Origin: Rhina ancylostomus
Taxonomy: Eukaryota
Assembly: GCA_030265395.1 (NCBI GenBank)
Contig: JARFYF010000007.1
Span: 74,071,384 to 74,135,383 of the forward strand
Reading direction: 5' to 3'
DNA: 64,000 bases
Shown here: piece after piece, positions 62,161-64,000 of the stretch
Layout: every line of letters begins with the position of its first letter
Numbering within the stretch: the first letter of the stretch is position 1
Made by a program: the position numbers and the translations under genes
Notes under the pieces: model-generated
What the model saw: the letters and a program-made list of their open reading frames with translations, nothing else
What the model was told of the DNA's origin: nothing
Databases searched by the model: none

Positions 62161-63920
62161 GTCAGAATTGAAGACCCAACTTTTACACCCTTAGGTCTAC
62201 ATTTCTTACAAAAGCTGACTTTTATAGCTTTTATCTCTGTCTGTGGTCCTTTGCACATCTGAATTGCACATTGTCAACCTTAAGCTTTACAAAATTATTT
62301 GCATCACTTTTCTAATTGTGGAGCACGTTCTTTTAAAGAAAATGCTGGTTTCATGTCTGCTGTTCCTGTTTAACCTAATCTTCATGCATCAAGGGCTGAA
62401 AGGTTGATTCCCCAAAACTAAGCAGACACGTTTGATCCAAAAGTTCCAAAGATCTGTCTTGTCTTTGTATGTGTGTGTANNNNNNNNNNAGAAATAGAGT
62501 TAGTGCTTCTTTATGACCTAGTTGCTCCAAGCTCTTTCTCTGGCCTTGCGCATAAGGGATACTATGCTTAGCATCTGCCAACTTCGAACCAAATATGGAA
62601 ATCACAATTTTTAGAGGCTTCCTGTATCTCCAGACCATAACATTAAATGAATATACTCCTGGAGCAACATAATAATGATCAAGAATGCTACTGCAGTACA
62701 CAATATCCAAATGAAGGAGGACATGGGATGTAACTGAATTGTTAGATCAACATCTCAGACTTTTAATATGTTCAGGCAAATCAATAGAACATTTCTCTGG
62801 AATGAAGTTTGTTGCAGCAATTGGGTAAGAATACATTCAGCACAGATGCTCAAGGTTTCCTCGGATTACCGAGCAAGTACAGACTGTCCACCTTGCCAGG
62901 GGAAAGCTATCGGGAATTGTTTGCTGTCGTTCATAATTACAAACAACAGCATCACTTGCAATCCCTGGCTTAATTCCCAGAAATTTTTGCAGGCAATGTT
63001 CTTTCCAAAAAAACAAATATCAAGTCAGAACCTTCAAAAATGCAAAGTTGGATATTGAGCAAGTGAGCCAATTCTACAAAACAGAAGGATACAAAGAGAA
63101 ATCTCCTGCACCATCTCCCTCACTTTACAGCAGTTTTGAGAGAGGAAAGATCCGTTGTTTTCACTCTTGTTAAAATTGGGTTTGTCTTTTCTCGTTTGAC
63201 ATTTGTAGCTGGATTACTCAGTTCCTCTAGTTTCATCAAATCATTTTATGTTTGTATTTCTGGGATTCACCAGCCGTATTACATTACTTATCATTTTATT
63301 TCTTATTGCACATACAGTGTAATCTCCACGCACAGTTCCTGCCTCTCCACTTATTTTTATGACCTATTGCACTGAACTGTTCGAGAACTTAAGAATTTAG
63401 GTATTGTTTTTGTCTCCTCTACTGAAAGAGCATTGTATTTCTACACATGTTAAAATGGGAAGGGAGTTATTCAAACTGTGTGCAGAAACAGAGGTTTCAA
63501 CACATTTATGGATTTATTTATGGAGATAAAACAGCATCTGAAGAGCTAGGAAGATTACATCTTGGTAATTTTGCAGGGATAATGTTATTTTTCCTGATAT
63601 CCCAAACTGTAAATCATGGGGAAAGAAGGCCCAGTCATATATGTGTTAATTATTCCTTTTATGTAGGGTTGACTGGTAAGCTGACTAGTCAATGAATTTG
63701 ATATATGTAGGTTTTCATCTGGGAAAGAAATCAATTATGGAAATGGTGCTTTTGTGATCGTGGTCATCAACTGAAGCTGCTGCTTGTGATCTCCTCAGTT
63801 AATGACACATGCCTGTGTGGACAGTATACTATTAATGTTGTGCATAAATATATAGTGTGCTTTAGTTGACAACTTATTAAGCTGCAACTGAATTTAAAAT
63901 GATTCTTTCTTTCTTTACAG

Positions 63921-64000
63921 GTAAACCTGCATCAAGCAGTTCAGAAACATGTCGATTCTGTGGGTCAAGAAATGGAACAGAACTGTCTGCAGTAGGCAGC
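63921..64000 (+). CDS. MYCBP2: MYCBP2 exon, truncated by the window end (GKPASSSSETCRFCGSRNGTELSAVGS)
   Basis: ttctttacag acceptor; CRFC motif. Confidence 0.92.

Larger units (their letters stand above)
102..64000 (+). other. MYCBP2: MYCBP2 gene body, partial (39 internal exons; gene extends beyond both window ends)
   Basis: Spliced translation of the exons below is collinear with vertebrate MYCBP2 (e.g. SFEELRFASPTPKRPSENML, AECARAVFAAFLWHEGIVHDAMAC, CDNHDDGET); all exon phases join into one ORF. Confidence 0.98.

Noticed and set aside
62500-63130. Possible highly decayed non-LTR retroelement
   Set aside because: No motif could be reconstructed confidently enough to name a family
1-64000. 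Prokaryotic-type systems (CRISPR arrays, operons, defence genes), tRNA/rRNA/snoRNA genes or a nested second protein-coding gene
   Set aside because: The sequence is a spliced vertebrate gene; no repeat-spacer array, cloverleaf or convincing C/D or H/ACA structure was seen, and other ORFs are short or transposon-derived

Overview
AT-rich vertebrate genomic DNA with N gaps. The repeat families (CR1/HER1-type LINEs, Rex1/Babar, Tx1, RTE, Penelope-like elements, V-SINE) point to a cartilaginous fish, probably a batoid. The whole window lies inside one + strand gene, MYCBP2 (PAM/Highwire/RPM-1 family giant E3 ubiquitin ligase). I traced 39 exons that join into one continuous, phase-consistent reading frame. 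They cover the Filamin/Ig-like repeat, the RAE1-binding motif, two SH3b-like repeats, a 1653-nt Ser-rich exon, the DOC/APC10 domain and a B-box-like zinc finger; the N-terminus and the C-terminal RING/tandem-cysteine region lie outside the window. The most notable features are: minimal hammerhead-ribozyme motifs carried by Penelope-like termini, including an inverted pair around a GIY-YIG remnant; several candidate cassette or poison exons, including a 23+91-nt pair that keeps frame only together; a GC-AG intron and a GAG (possibly TG) acceptor; intronic hairpins; and a triple-nested retroelement insertion. Comparisons to mammalian MYCBP2 are from memory and no database search was run.
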